From Deltaproteobacteria bacterium (GTDB lineage Bacteria > Desulfobacterota > GWC2-55-46): DNA of 46,077 bases. The notes under the pieces are model-generated. The model was not told where the DNA came from. It saw nothing but the letters and a program-made list of their open reading frames with translations, and did no database searches. Location: assembly GCA_016235365.1 (NCBI GenBank), contig JACRLF010000024.1, positions 1 to 46,077 of the forward strand, in the 5' to 3' direction. Numbering within the stretch: the first letter of the stretch is position 1; each line of letters opens with the position of its first letter. The translations under genes and the position numbers were made by a program. Positions 9,483 through 18,600 of this stretch are shown here, one piece after another.

Positions 9483-10525
9483 ACGGAACTCATCTTCCCG
9501 CATTTCGGCGGCTGTCCGAGGACCCTGACAGAGAGCGCGTCGGCTATGTCGTCGACCGGGAGCACGTCCACGGCGGCGTTCATCTCCACCGCCGCCTTCG
9601 GCATGCCGTAGACCTTGCAGGTCTCGGCGTTCTGAGCCACGGTGTACGCGCCGTGACGCCGCAGCCTTAGTAGGCCGTCCGCCCCGTCCTTGCCCATCCC
9701 GGTAAGGAGCGCGGCGCAGACCTTGCCGGACCAATGGCCGAGGATGCTGTCGAAGAAGACGTCCACGGACGGACGGTATGGGAGCTTCACTGGTTCGGAC
9801 TTGTATCCCAGGCAGCCGTCGTCGTTGATATAGAGGTGGTCGTTGGTGGCCGCGACCAGCACCGTGCCCGGGGTGAGCCTGTCCCCCTCCCTTGCAAGGC
9901 GCACCGGAAGGTTTGACTGGGTGTTGAGCCACTGCACGAGTCCAGGGGTGAAGTGCTCATCGACGTGCTGAACGATCACGGTGGAGGCCGGCAGGTCCTT
10001 TGGAAGCCTTGAGAGCACCGACGCCAGGGCGCCGGGGCCGCCTGTGGAGGCGCCTATCGCGAGAAGCCACCTGTCCGTCACGCCGAGGCTGGCCGACTCG
10101 TGGAACTGATGCGTGGGCTTGTGGCGCGTGGCGGTATTGAGCCTCTCGATCGTATGTATCTTCTTCAGCAGGTCGTCCTTGCCTCTCCCCTCCCCGGACG
10201 GCCCGACCATCGGGGTGCTGACCGCATCGAGCGCGCCGGCGCCCATGGCCTCGAATACCAGCGAGACGTTGTCCGTCACCGAGGACGTGACCACGACTAT
10301 AGGGCACGGGGTCCTGGCCATTATCTCCCTGGTGGCCTCCACGCCGTTCATCTCCGGCATGATAAGGTCCATCAGTATCAGGTCCGGGGTGTCCTGCGCG
10401 CATCGCTCCACCGCGTCCCGTCCGTTCAGCGCTATCCACGCCACTCCATACTCCGGCCTGGACACGACGATGCGGCGCAGGGACTCTACAGCCATTTTCA
10501 TGTCGTTTACGATAGCTATCCTCAT
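9479..10525 (-). CDS. wspF: Chemotaxis response regulator protein-glutamate methylesterase (CheB/WspF-like)
   Basis: REC motifs: IAIVNDM, LMDLIMPEMNG. Methylesterase motifs: GASTGGP, VQHVDEHF, GMGKDGA. Confidence 0.9.
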   Translation of the reverse strand: MRIAIVNDMKMAVESLRRIVVSRPEYGVAWIALNGRDAVERCAQDTPDLILMDLIMPEMNGVEATREIMARTPCPIVVVTSSVTDNVSLVFEAMGAGALDAVSTPMVGPSGEGRGKDDLLKKIHTIERLNTATRHKPTHQFHESASLGVTDRWLLAIGASTGGPGALASVLSRLPKDLPASTVIVQHVDEHFTPGLVQWLNTQSNLPVRLAREGDRLTPGTVLVAATNDHLYINDDGCLGYKSEPVKLPYRPSVDVFFDSILGHWSGKVCAALLTGMGKDGADGLLRLRRHGAYTVAQNAETCKVYGMPKAAVEMNAAVDVLPVDDIADALSVRVLGQPPKCGKMSSV

Positions 10526-10599
10526 TGCTTCATGTCTCCGATCACGTCTACCACCGCTTCCATGAAAGTATTGTCATGGAAGCTGCCCCTTGTCAAATA
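10522..10599 (-). other. In-frame continuation of wspE downstream of its TAG codon (25 codons plus TGA)
   Basis: Same frame as wspE. Reads YLTRGSFHDNTFMEAVVDVIGDMKQ, then a TGA that overlaps the cheB ATG as ATGA. It supplies the missing beta5/alpha5 end of the receiver domain (GAD-x-YLTK type motif). Confidence 0.7.
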
Positions 10600-12813
10600 C
10601 TAATCCGCCCCGGCCTCCAGTCCGCTCCTGCGGTCCTCCTCCCTGTCCTTATATGAGACGATGATGACCGGGGTTGATGCGTAGTCCCTGTCCCCCCTGA
10701 TCATCCTGACAAGCTCTATCCCGTCCATCCGGGGCATGTCTATATCGCTGATAACGAGGTCGTAGCGCCTGTTGCACAGCGCGTTCCAGCCGTCCATGCC
10801 GTCCACCGCCGTATCAACCTCGTATCCGGCGGCCTCCAGGAGATTGCGTTCGACCTCGCGGACGGTGAGCGAATCATCCACGACCATGACGCGCTTACGC
10901 ATCAGCTCCGCCCCCTCCCCGGAGGTGCGCTGGACCTTGGCTATGCCGTCTTGCTTCGCAAGGGCCTCTACCGAGAGCACGAGATCGTCCACGTCCACTA
11001 TCAGCACCGGGGATCCGTCCCCTAAAAGCGCGGCCGAGCTTATGTCCTTGACCTTGCCGAGGCGCCGGTCCAGGGACTGCACCACAAGGTCCATCTGCCC
11101 TATGAAACGGTCCACGACCACTCCGTAGCTGTTCTCGCGGTCGCCTATGATCACGATGGAGAGCTGCTCCCCCTGCACTACCTGCGCGCCGAGGCCCAGG
11201 ACATGCGAAGCCCCCACGATGCCGAGATGCCGGCCGTCCACCGTGATGAACTGGCGGTTCTCCAGGACCTTGAGATCGTGCGACGGGACCCTCACGGCCC
11301 CCTTGATCCTGACCATCGGAAACGCGTACGGCTCATGCGCTATCTCTACTATCAGCGCCGAAATCACGGAAAGCGTGACCGGCACCTGCATGTTGAACCG
11401 CGTGCCCATGCCGAGCTCCGTCTTCACCTTTACGGAGCCGCGCATCTTCTGCAACACGTCCAGCACCACGTCGAGGCCCACGCCGCGCCCGGATATCTCG
11501 GTCACCTCGTCCCTTGTGGAGAAGTTGGGGAGGAACATGAACTCAAGGATCTCGTCGTCCCTCAGCCTTGCGGCGAAGTCCTCCTTTGCCAGCCCTTTTT
11601 CAACAACCTTGCGGCGCAGCCGCTCGATGTCTATGCCGCGCCCGTCGTCTTCAACGCTGATGGAGAGCATCCCGTCGCAGTGCGACGCGGTGAGGCGTAT
11701 TACGGCCTGCTCGTTCTTGCCCTCCTTTATCCGTTCATCCGGGTGCTCGACGCCGTGGTCTATGGCGTTGCGGAGGATATGGTTCAGCGGCGCCTCGATC
11801 TTCTCCAGCACGTCGCGGTCCACCTGGGTTGAAAGCCCGTTTATCTCGAGCTTTACCTTTTTTCCGAGCTGCCTGGCGACGTCTCGCACCATCCTGTGCA
11901 GGCCGTGGACGCCGTCAGAAAAAGGACGCATCTTCGTTATTATCGTCTCGCGGTGCAGCCTCTCGGTAAGGCCGCTCACGCGCCTGTCATAGGCGTCAAG
12001 CACGACGGTCTTGTCCGCGAGCAGCTTCCTGCACTCTTTGGCCTTGGCCTGCGCGGTTATGAAAAGGTTGTAGGCGTCCTCCTGGAGATTCAAGTCGTCC
12101 ATAATCTCCCTCAGCGAATCAAGGGCCTCTATCAGGCATATCTGGGTCCGTTTAAGAGCGCCGAGCGAGGCGACGTAAGGACTGAGCCTCCCGGCCTCCA
12201 CCTTCACCTCTCCGGCGAGCCCCATAAGCTGGTTCCAGCGTTCCGCGGTCACGCGCAGGACGCGGTCTTTCTCCGGGTCCCCCGTTGCCGCGCCCGCCGC
12301 GCCCTTGCCCATCCCCTGTCCGGCTACGGCCTTCACGGTCTCCCTGCGCGCCTTGTCCTTCGGGCGCGGCGCGGCGGGGGCGCCCGTCCCTGCCGCGGCC
12401 CCGCTCTCCTTGATGCGCGTTATGGAAGAGAGCCTGTTTTCAAGCTCTCCCGGATGGTCTTCCGGCCAGGTACGCATTGCGTCGTCCGGCAGACGGGCTA
12501 TCGACACTATCGTGTCCGCCGCCGAGAGCAGCGCGTCTATATGGTCGCTCTCAAGCCTTATCTCCGAGTTTATCGAAGCAACGAACACGTCCTCCATCAC
12601 GTGCGCCAGGCGCACAACGGGGTCCACCCCGACCAGGCGGGCCGCCCCCTTTATCGAGTGCGCCGCGCGCATCAGCGACTCCAGGAGCTTCCCTGACGGA
12701 GAGCCGTGCTCGAGGGCAAGCACCCCTTCGGAGAGCACCCTCCCCTGCTCGCCCACCTCGGTGCGGAAGAGCTCGAGCATGGATAGGCCGCTTAAGTCAT
12801 TTCCATCTTCCAT
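10600..12813 (-). CDS. wspE: Hybrid CheA histidine kinase with C-terminal receiver (WspE-like); as written it ends at an internal TAG
   Basis: Hpt motif AAHSIKGAARLVGV. HATPase motifs: HILRNAIDHG, DDGRGID, GRGVGLDVV. A CheW-like domain follows. REC motifs: VMVVDDS, ISDIDMPRMDG, ending at LEAGAD followed by TAG. Confidence 0.88.
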   Translation of the reverse strand: MEDGNDLSGLSMLELFRTEVGEQGRVLSEGVLALEHGSPSGKLLESLMRAAHSIKGAARLVGVDPVVRLAHVMEDVFVASINSEIRLESDHIDALLSAADTIVSIARLPDDAMRTWPEDHPGELENRLSSITRIKESGAAAGTGAPAAPRPKDKARRETVKAVAGQGMGKGAAGAATGDPEKDRVLRVTAERWNQLMGLAGEVKVEAGRLSPYVASLGALKRTQICLIEALDSLREIMDDLNLQEDAYNLFITAQAKAKECRKLLADKTVVLDAYDRRVSGLTERLHRETIITKMRPFSDGVHGLHRMVRDVARQLGKKVKLEINGLSTQVDRDVLEKIEAPLNHILRNAIDHGVEHPDERIKEGKNEQAVIRLTASHCDGMLSISVEDDGRGIDIERLRRKVVEKGLAKEDFAARLRDDEILEFMFLPNFSTRDEVTEISGRGVGLDVVLDVLQKMRGSVKVKTELGMGTRFNMQVPVTLSVISALIVEIAHEPYAFPMVRIKGAVRVPSHDLKVLENRQFITVDGRHLGIVGASHVLGLGAQVVQGEQLSIVIIGDRENSYGVVVDRFIGQMDLVVQSLDRRLGKVKDISSAALLGDGSPVLIVDVDDLVLSVEALAKQDGIAKVQRTSGEGAELMRKRVMVVDDSLTVREVERNLLEAAGYEVDTAVDGMDGWNALCNRRYDLVISDIDMPRMDGIELVRMIRGDRDYASTPVIIVSYKDREEDRRSGLEAGAD

Positions 12814-12815
12814 CT

Positions 12816-13502
12816 TCAGCGAATGCTCCTCTCGAACTGGGAGATAAGCAGGTCTTCATCAAGGCATCCTATGCGCCTCTCTCCCCACTTTATAATGCCC
12901 TTTATATAGTTGGACGCGGAGTCCGACACGGTGCTCGGCAGGCTCTCGAGCTCGGCCTCCCTGTAACGGTGTATCCCGGATATCTCGCTTACCGGGAATA
13001 CGTATCTCCCGCCGTCCTTTTCCAATATCACCATGCGCCCGTAGATTATCTGATCGCCCTCGTCGACGGCCTTGTCCGCCTTTGTAATGCCCAGTACCCC
13101 TCCGAGAGAGAAGCATATCTGCACCTCTCCCCCGGTGCTGACCACCCCCTTCATGATATTGCTCTTGTTGTGCGGCAGACGGTGTATCTTGAGCATCTGC
13201 GATATCTCCTTGCAAAGATGCGTTGGGAGGGCCACCCACTCCTCGCCAATCCTGAAGACGATGACGGATTTGGCTTCGCTGAAGACCTCCTCCTTGCCCC
13301 CGGCAAGCACCTCCGTCCACTCCCTCCGGTAGTCCTCGGGCAGCGCGCGCTCATAGACCTGTAGGCTCGCGGCGTGAAAGACCTCGCAATTACGGCAGTG
13401 GATCACCCGCGGGAGCTTAGGGCAACGGGAAGTTTCCCTGCCCCACACGCCTATCCTGTGCCAGCAATTGCCCGTAACCGTATCCATTACGCCCTCAGCC
13501 AT
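12816..13502 (-). CDS. wspD: CheW-like coupling protein with N-terminal Cys-rich motif (WspD-like)
   Basis: CWHRIGVWGRETSRCPKLPRVIHCRNCEVF N-terminal motif, then a CheW fold (VIVFRIGEEWVALP ... ISGIHRY). Confidence 0.8.
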   Translation of the reverse strand: MAEGVMDTVTGNCWHRIGVWGRETSRCPKLPRVIHCRNCEVFHAASLQVYERALPEDYRREWTEVLAGGKEEVFSEAKSVIVFRIGEEWVALPTHLCKEISQMLKIHRLPHNKSNIMKGVVSTGGEVQICFSLGGVLGITKADKAVDEGDQIIYGRMVILEKDGGRYVFPVSEISGIHRYREAELESLPSTVSDSASNYIKGIIKWGERRIGCLDEDLLISQFERSIR

Positions 13503-13530
13503 CGATTATCACCCTTCCCGCGGGTTGCGG

Positions 13531-14829
13531 TCAACGACCCTGTTTCCCTGAAGCCCTTTTCATGACCCTGCCTGCGCGCTCCCCGAACCTGGCCGCGTTT
13601 TTCGCGTCCCCAAGCCGCTCGCACAGGTTCGACAGGTAGGCGAGAGCGTCATGAAAGCCAGGGTCGAGATAGACCGCCTTCTTCAAATACTCCTCAGCCA
13701 GATAACCATCGCCAGTGGAGTCCACCACCTGCCCCAGGATGTAGTACGCCTGGGCGGAATATGAGTCATGGGCCACCAGGTCCTCGCATATCCTTAACGC
13801 GTTGTCGATATCTCCGGCGCCGACGAGCCTGTATGCCTCCGCGATCCTTTCCGCCGCGTTTGTGCGGCTCTTTGCGGCGTCCTGCCCGTGGGCCTCCCCC
13901 GACCGGCGCGGGAGAGCGTCCGGTTCGGTCTTTTTTGAAACAACCCTTGCCCTGTGCGCATCTCCCTGAGCGCGCGCCGCGGGCAACTTCTCCTTGTGCC
14001 CCGAAGGGCACGGCACAACGCGCCTGTGTTCGGGGTCCGCGCCAATGCGATGGGCGAACGCCCTCGGGAAGGCGAGCCGTGAAAAACCGTCCGCCGACAG
14101 CCTTGCGGTTTCGGCATGGCCCACGAAGAGCACGCCGTCGCCGTTGAGAAGCCGGAAGAGGACGGAGACGGCCTTTTTTTTAGCCGCGTTATCGAAGTAG
14201 ATAAGCAGATTCCTGCAGAAGATAACGTCATATCCGGCCCGCATGGACGCGAAGTCCCACGTCAGGATGTTGCCCTGCTGAAAATTGACGGCCGAGCTGA
14301 CTTCCTTTTTGATTACATACCCTTCCGCGCTCTTCGAAAAATACCGGTTGCAGAGCGACGGGTCGGTCCCGCGGAACGAATAAGCCGTGTATACCCCGCG
14401 CATTGCCGCGTCAAGGGCCTGCACGCTGATATCGACGGCGTCTATATGGAACCGGTCTCTCCCGATATTCATATCAAAGAGGAGCATCGCGATGGAGTAC
14501 GGCTCCTCGCCGGTGGAGCACGGCACGCTCAATACGCGGAGCGGCGCGCTCGTCTTCCTGTCGAGCCAGAATTGCCTCAGATACTCCTTGAAGCCGTTGA
14601 AGAGCTCCTTGTCGCGGAAAAAATAGGTCTCCGGGATAACCACGGACTCCACAAGCCTGTCGACCTCGTTCGGGAAGCACATGAGCGTCTGGATGTACTC
14701 CTCGATGGAGGCGGAACCGCACTCCGCCATGCAGTCCCGGACCGCCTTTTCCAGCACCTGAACGCCGATGGACTCCGCATTCAGTCCGATGCGTGTCCTT
14801 AAAAGCTCTATGACAGGTGTGATGTCCAT
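13531..14829 (-). CDS. wspC: CheR-type methyltransferase with C-terminal TPR region (WspC-like)
   Basis: MDITPVIELLRTRIGLNAESIG N-domain. SAM-binding region VLSVPCSTGEEPYSIAMLL and IFCRNLLIYF. TPR-like tail (AQAYYILGQV ... YLDPGFHDAL). Start set at ATG 14829. The track start at 14883 is a TTG with no conserved residues, so the start is uncertain. Confidence 0.82.
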   Translation of the reverse strand: MDITPVIELLRTRIGLNAESIGVQVLEKAVRDCMAECGSASIEEYIQTLMCFPNEVDRLVESVVIPETYFFRDKELFNGFKEYLRQFWLDRKTSAPLRVLSVPCSTGEEPYSIAMLLFDMNIGRDRFHIDAVDISVQALDAAMRGVYTAYSFRGTDPSLCNRYFSKSAEGYVIKKEVSSAVNFQQGNILTWDFASMRAGYDVIFCRNLLIYFDNAAKKKAVSVLFRLLNGDGVLFVGHAETARLSADGFSRLAFPRAFAHRIGADPEHRRVVPCPSGHKEKLPAARAQGDAHRARVVSKKTEPDALPRRSGEAHGQDAAKSRTNAAERIAEAYRLVGAGDIDNALRICEDLVAHDSYSAQAYYILGQVVDSTGDGYLAEEYLKKAVYLDPGFHDALAYLSNLCERLGDAKNAARFGERAGRVMKRASGKQGR

Positions 14830-14945
14830 ACGCAGTGTCGTATCGCGCGCTCCGGGGAATATTCCTCCGACATGGATTGGCAATGCTTTTTGATGCTTGC
14901 CGCGGGGTGCTCTACCGCAACGCCAGGTCCGGCTTGGGGCGCGCG

Positions 14946-15416
14946 CTATGCGCTCTCGCGCGACGGCGCGTCCTCAAAGAGCATGTCTCCGGCCTCGTCA
15001 GGCAATATCTTATCCACGTTCAGCCTTTGAACGATGGCGGCGTCGTCCATGACCACGCCGCCGAGATAGGCGTGGTCCTTCAAATTCACACCCGATGCCT
15101 TGAAGTCGCTCTCCCGCAGGGATACCGTCTCCGTCATATGCTCTATCAGGAGTCCGATGCAGGCCTTTTTGCCGCCGTCTTTCAGATAGTTGACCAGGGC
15201 TATCCTCGACCCGAGCTTGACCTCGCAGCCCTTCCCGCTCATCAGATGGCATACGTCGATCACCGGGATGGAGGAACCCCTGTAGTTCAAAAGGCCGGCC
15301 ACGTAGCCCGGCGCCCCCGGGACCTTCTTAAGGTGCGCGAAGGGCACTATCTCCATGACGTCCTTCGCCTCTATGATGTATCTTTCGCCGCCTATCTTGA
15401 ATTGGAGGTATAGCAT
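14946..15416 (-). CDS. wspB: CheW-like coupling protein (WspB-like)
   Basis: 156 aa single CheW domain (YLQFKIGGERYIIEAKDVMEIV ... GLLNYRGSSIPVIDV). Confidence 0.82.
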   Translation of the reverse strand: MLYLQFKIGGERYIIEAKDVMEIVPFAHLKKVPGAPGYVAGLLNYRGSSIPVIDVCHLMSGKGCEVKLGSRIALVNYLKDGGKKACIGLLIEHMTETVSLRESDFKASGVNLKDHAYLGGVVMDDAAIVQRLNVDKILPDEAGDMLFEDAPSRESA

Positions 15417-15424
15417 ATCGTCTC

Positions 15425-17440
15425 TTAAGAATCCTTTCTGACCTTGAACCTGGTCACGCCGCTCTGAAGTTCCCGGGCCGCGACGTTGAGCTGCATTATC
15501 ACCTCGTTGGACTCCTTGAGCGACGCCACGGTCTGCTGCGCGGCCTCGCTCAGCTGGATCATAGCCTGATTTATCTGGGAAGCGCCGGCCGACTGTGATT
15601 GCATCCCCTGGTGCACGCTCTCAAAAAGCGGGGTCAGGTTCTGCACCTGCCCGATTATCAGGGAGAGCTGGGAGCTTATTTCACGGACGTCGCTGACGCT
15701 TTGACGCACCTGCTGGGAGAACTTCTCCATGCTCATGACGCCGGCGGAGACGGCGGTCTGCATCTCCTTGACCATCTGCTCTATGTCGAGGGTCGCCACG
15801 GCGGTCTGGTCGGCAAGGCGGCGTATCTCCTTGGCCACCACCGAGAAGCCGAAGCCGTACTCTCCCGCCTTCTCGGCCTCGATGGCCGCGTTGAGCGAAA
15901 GGAGGTTGGTCTGGTCCGCCACTTTCGTTATGGTGGTGACGACGGTGTTGATGTTGCCCGCCTTCTCGTTCAGCACCTCGAACTTGGAGGATATCGTCCT
16001 GGCGGCCTCCACTATGTGGTTCATGGTCGATTCCATGCGACTGAGCCCGGACCTGCCGCTTTCAGCGGATTTGGCGGTGCCCTCCGCCACCCCGGAGACC
16101 TCGTCCATGGTGCTGACGAGCTCCTTGGACGTGGCGGATATCTCCGTGGCGGTAGCCACTATCTCGTTGGTCGTTGCCGCCTGTTCGGCGACGGTGGCCT
16201 CCTGCTGCTTGGAGGTCGCGGCTATGGAGGTGACCGCGGATGCGAGATGGATGCCCGAGCGCTGCACCTGCGTGACAAGCGCGTTCAGATTGGCTATCAT
16301 CCTCTGTATGCCGGCGCCGAGCTGCGCGATGGCGTCATCGCCCTTGATCTCCATCCTGCCGGTAAGATCTCCCTCGGCGGCCTTCATAACGACGTCGAGG
16401 ATGGTGTTGACCCGCTGCTGGAGGAACTCCAGTGCCTGGCGCTTCTCCTCGCTCGATTTGCGTATATGGTCTATCATGTTCTGCAGCTGGGCGGCGAGCT
16501 CGCCTATCGAATCCTCGCCGGTGAAGTTCACCCTGGCGCTCAAATCGCCGTCTGCCACCCTGTTTACCACGCGAAGCAGTTCGTTGACCTTGGCGCTCAG
16601 CTCCACGGCGGCGGCATGCTCCCTCGCGGTGCGCTCGCTCTCGCGGGCGGCGGCCTCGTCCGTCGTATCGGACATCTCGTTAAATGCGGCGGCGAGTTCG
16701 CCGAGCTCGTCGTCCGTCGATATGCTCGCTGCCCTGGCCTTAAGATCGCCTCTGCCCCTCCTGGTCACCGCGTCCATGAGGCTGTTGAGCGGGTTTATGA
16801 CCCAGGTCTTAAGCAGCAGGTTGACGAGGAACAGGCCCGCGACAAAGAAGGCCGCGTTGACGATGACGGCCTTCCATATCTCCCGGTTGATCTCATCGTC
16901 CAGCGCCGCAAGCGAATAGCTTATGCGAACCGCGCCGTTTACGTCCCCGCTCTTCACGTTGTGGCACTTGAGGCAGTTAACCCCCCTGGTATTCTCCGTC
17001 GCCTTGAACGGCGTTATCACGGTAAGCACCCTGCGGCCGTCCTTCCTGGCGATCATGCTCACGTCCTCCCCCGTGAGGGCGCGGCGGTCGAGGTCGTCTA
17101 CCGGCACGTCCTCGGACAAGCCCGGGCCAAACTGGTCGGAGACCGGGTTTCCGCGGATGGCCCTGGCCTCCACTATGCCTTCCCTGGAGAGCATCTTCTT
17201 TCTAAGGATGTCACGCTTGTCCATGGTGCCGGTGAGCATCATGGTATTGAGGCCGTCGAAGTACATGGTCGTCAGGTCAATGACTTCTTTCTTGACCCCA
17301 TCGATCATCCGGTCCTTCTCGCGCTTCAAGCCGTAGGTGGTGAGCAGGCCGATTATCAGGGCCAATATAAAGGCCACGGTGAGACTGACCTTCAACCTTA
17401 TCGGCATCCGGTTGATGAACCCTATCCGGTTCAATATCAT
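15425..17440 (-). CDS. wspA: Methyl-accepting chemotaxis protein with periplasmic CxxCH (heme c) sensor domain and several HAMP repeats (WspA position)
   Basis: TM1 at about aa 17-37. Periplasmic domain contains VNCLKCHNV (C156-H160, nt 16975-16961). TM2 at about aa 190-212. Repeated HAMP-like units (DGDLSARVNF..., EGDLTGRMEI...). MCP signalling hairpin ADQTNLLSLNAAIEAEKAGEYGFGFSVVAKEIRRLADQTA. Good RBS AAGGAGAAG. Confidence 0.9.
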   Translation of the reverse strand: MILNRIGFINRMPIRLKVSLTVAFILALIIGLLTTYGLKREKDRMIDGVKKEVIDLTTMYFDGLNTMMLTGTMDKRDILRKKMLSREGIVEARAIRGNPVSDQFGPGLSEDVPVDDLDRRALTGEDVSMIARKDGRRVLTVITPFKATENTRGVNCLKCHNVKSGDVNGAVRISYSLAALDDEINREIWKAVIVNAAFFVAGLFLVNLLLKTWVINPLNSLMDAVTRRGRGDLKARAASISTDDELGELAAAFNEMSDTTDEAAARESERTAREHAAAVELSAKVNELLRVVNRVADGDLSARVNFTGEDSIGELAAQLQNMIDHIRKSSEEKRQALEFLQQRVNTILDVVMKAAEGDLTGRMEIKGDDAIAQLGAGIQRMIANLNALVTQVQRSGIHLASAVTSIAATSKQQEATVAEQAATTNEIVATATEISATSKELVSTMDEVSGVAEGTAKSAESGRSGLSRMESTMNHIVEAARTISSKFEVLNEKAGNINTVVTTITKVADQTNLLSLNAAIEAEKAGEYGFGFSVVAKEIRRLADQTAVATLDIEQMVKEMQTAVSAGVMSMEKFSQQVRQSVSDVREISSQLSLIIGQVQNLTPLFESVHQGMQSQSAGASQINQAMIQLSEAAQQTVASLKESNEVIMQLNVAARELQSGVTRFKVRKDS

Positions 17441-17826
17441 ATGCTTCTCCTTTTATATTTTTCTGCCTGCGGCATCTCCCGCGGTACTGGCGCAGGTCAA
17501 TAACGGTGATGGATTTGAAAGGCCGGGCCGATGACGAAGTGAAGATACCCCCGCCTCAAAAAACGGGGGATTCCCGTTGATATCAGGGTGTTATTCTCAC
17601 ATTACGAGGTTCCTGAACAATGATAGGCCCTGGAGTTTTTGTCATTTCCGGTCATTTAAGGTTAAAGAAGGGCCTCTTTATACTCCATCTATCTCTTTTC
17701 ATATCGGACGGATGTAAAAATTTCTTTAACATATCGAAAAACAGAGATTTCTAAGCGCCGTCGACTCCGGCGCCGCCTGGCGGCCAGAGGGGGATTCGCC
17801 CGCATGAAGGTGTATACAGAGGGGTT

Positions 17827-17942
17827 GAACATGCATAGCGAGCGCATTCCCCGTAGCTTGCTACGGGGTCAAGCGAGCGCATAGAAATAGATACTTCCTT
17901 ATATGTCGAAGATTCCTCGCAGCTTGCTGCGGGGAGCTTCAA
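17827..17942. repeat. Intergenic repeat family R2 (composite double-hairpin element, ~115 bp), copy a
   Basis: GAACATGCATAGCGAGCG-CCCCGTAGCTTGCTACGGGG-...AT-rich spacer...-CGCAGCTTGCTGCGGGG. Same architecture as 18601-18720 and, in inverted orientation, 32467-32581, 25842-25954 and 39193-39303. Confidence 0.8.
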
Positions 17943-17954
17943 TCTCCCCGCGGC

Positions 17955-17987
17955 AAAAAAAAAGCGGTCTATATCTCTATAGACCGC
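17955..17987 (-). terminator. Rho-independent terminator downstream of the tRNA-Val/tRNA-Asp unit
   Basis: Minus strand: GCGGTCTATA-GAGA-TATAGACCGC (perfect 10-bp stem) followed by T9. Confidence 0.8.
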
Positions 17988-18095
17988 TTCCGAAACGACC
18001 CTGCCTTAACACCATCCGGGGCGCACACAACGTAGCGCAACCGCATTGGTAAGGCAGGTTAAGCCTTGTAACTATTTGGTTTTACTATACAATAA

Positions 18096-18172
18096 TGGCG
18101 GGGCCGACGGGACTCGAACCCGCGCCCTCTGGCTTGACAGGCCAGCGTTATAACCGACTTAACTACGGCCCC
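18096..18172 (-). tRNA. tRNA-Asp (anticodon GTC), CCA encoded
   Basis: Minus strand: GGGGCCG TA GTTAAGTCGGTTATAAC G CTGGC CTGTCAA GCCAG AGGGC GCGGG TTCGAGT CCCGT CGGCCCC G CCA. Full cloverleaf folded by hand. Confidence 0.9.
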
Positions 18173-18238
18173 GTTATCGTAAATGAACCTCCCCGGACTT
18201 AAAGCCCAAAGGGTTTCAGAACGTTAAAAAAATAAATA

Positions 18239-18314
18239 TGGTAGGCGGAACAGGGATCGAACCTGTGACCCCAGCCTTGTAAGGGCTGTGCTCTACCAAC
18301 TGAGCTATCCGCCC
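18239..18314 (-). tRNA. tRNA-Val (anticodon TAC), CCA encoded
   Basis: Minus strand: GGGCGGA TAGCTCAGTTGGTAGAGCA CAGCC CTTACAA GGCTG GGGTC ACAGG TTCGATC CCTGT TCCGCCT A CCA. G1-U72 wobble in the acceptor stem. Confidence 0.88.
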
Positions 18315-18600
18315 GCATAAGCCCCATGATGAACCTCTATTACGCTGCCCCCGGTCGGCTCCATTGCCGCCAAATGTCCCCTAACGCCCATTGCACCCTA
18401 CCCCCCTGCCCCACTTGCCCCCTCTTACTCCCCCGCCCCCTTACCCCCTTGAGCCGCCCCCCCGGGAAATCAATCCCCGTCTATCGACGGGGATTGATAA
18501 AATTATCAATTTTCTTCTTTATTGTCAAGAGAGAATCTTTGTCCTTACGACGCCGGGCAAACCACCGGTCAAGCATCGGCGGCATGAAGTGACGCGATTT

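Noticed and set aside
10600-10602. The wspE TAG as a pyrrolysine codon or evidence of genome-wide amber reassignment
   Set aside because: TAG is used as an ordinary terminator by wspR (8457-8459) and wspB (14946-14948) in the same operon, with no conserved sequence after it. No pyl genes are in the window. A receiver-domain surface position is not a plausible Pyl site. The site is kept only as a nonsense, read-through or error candidate.
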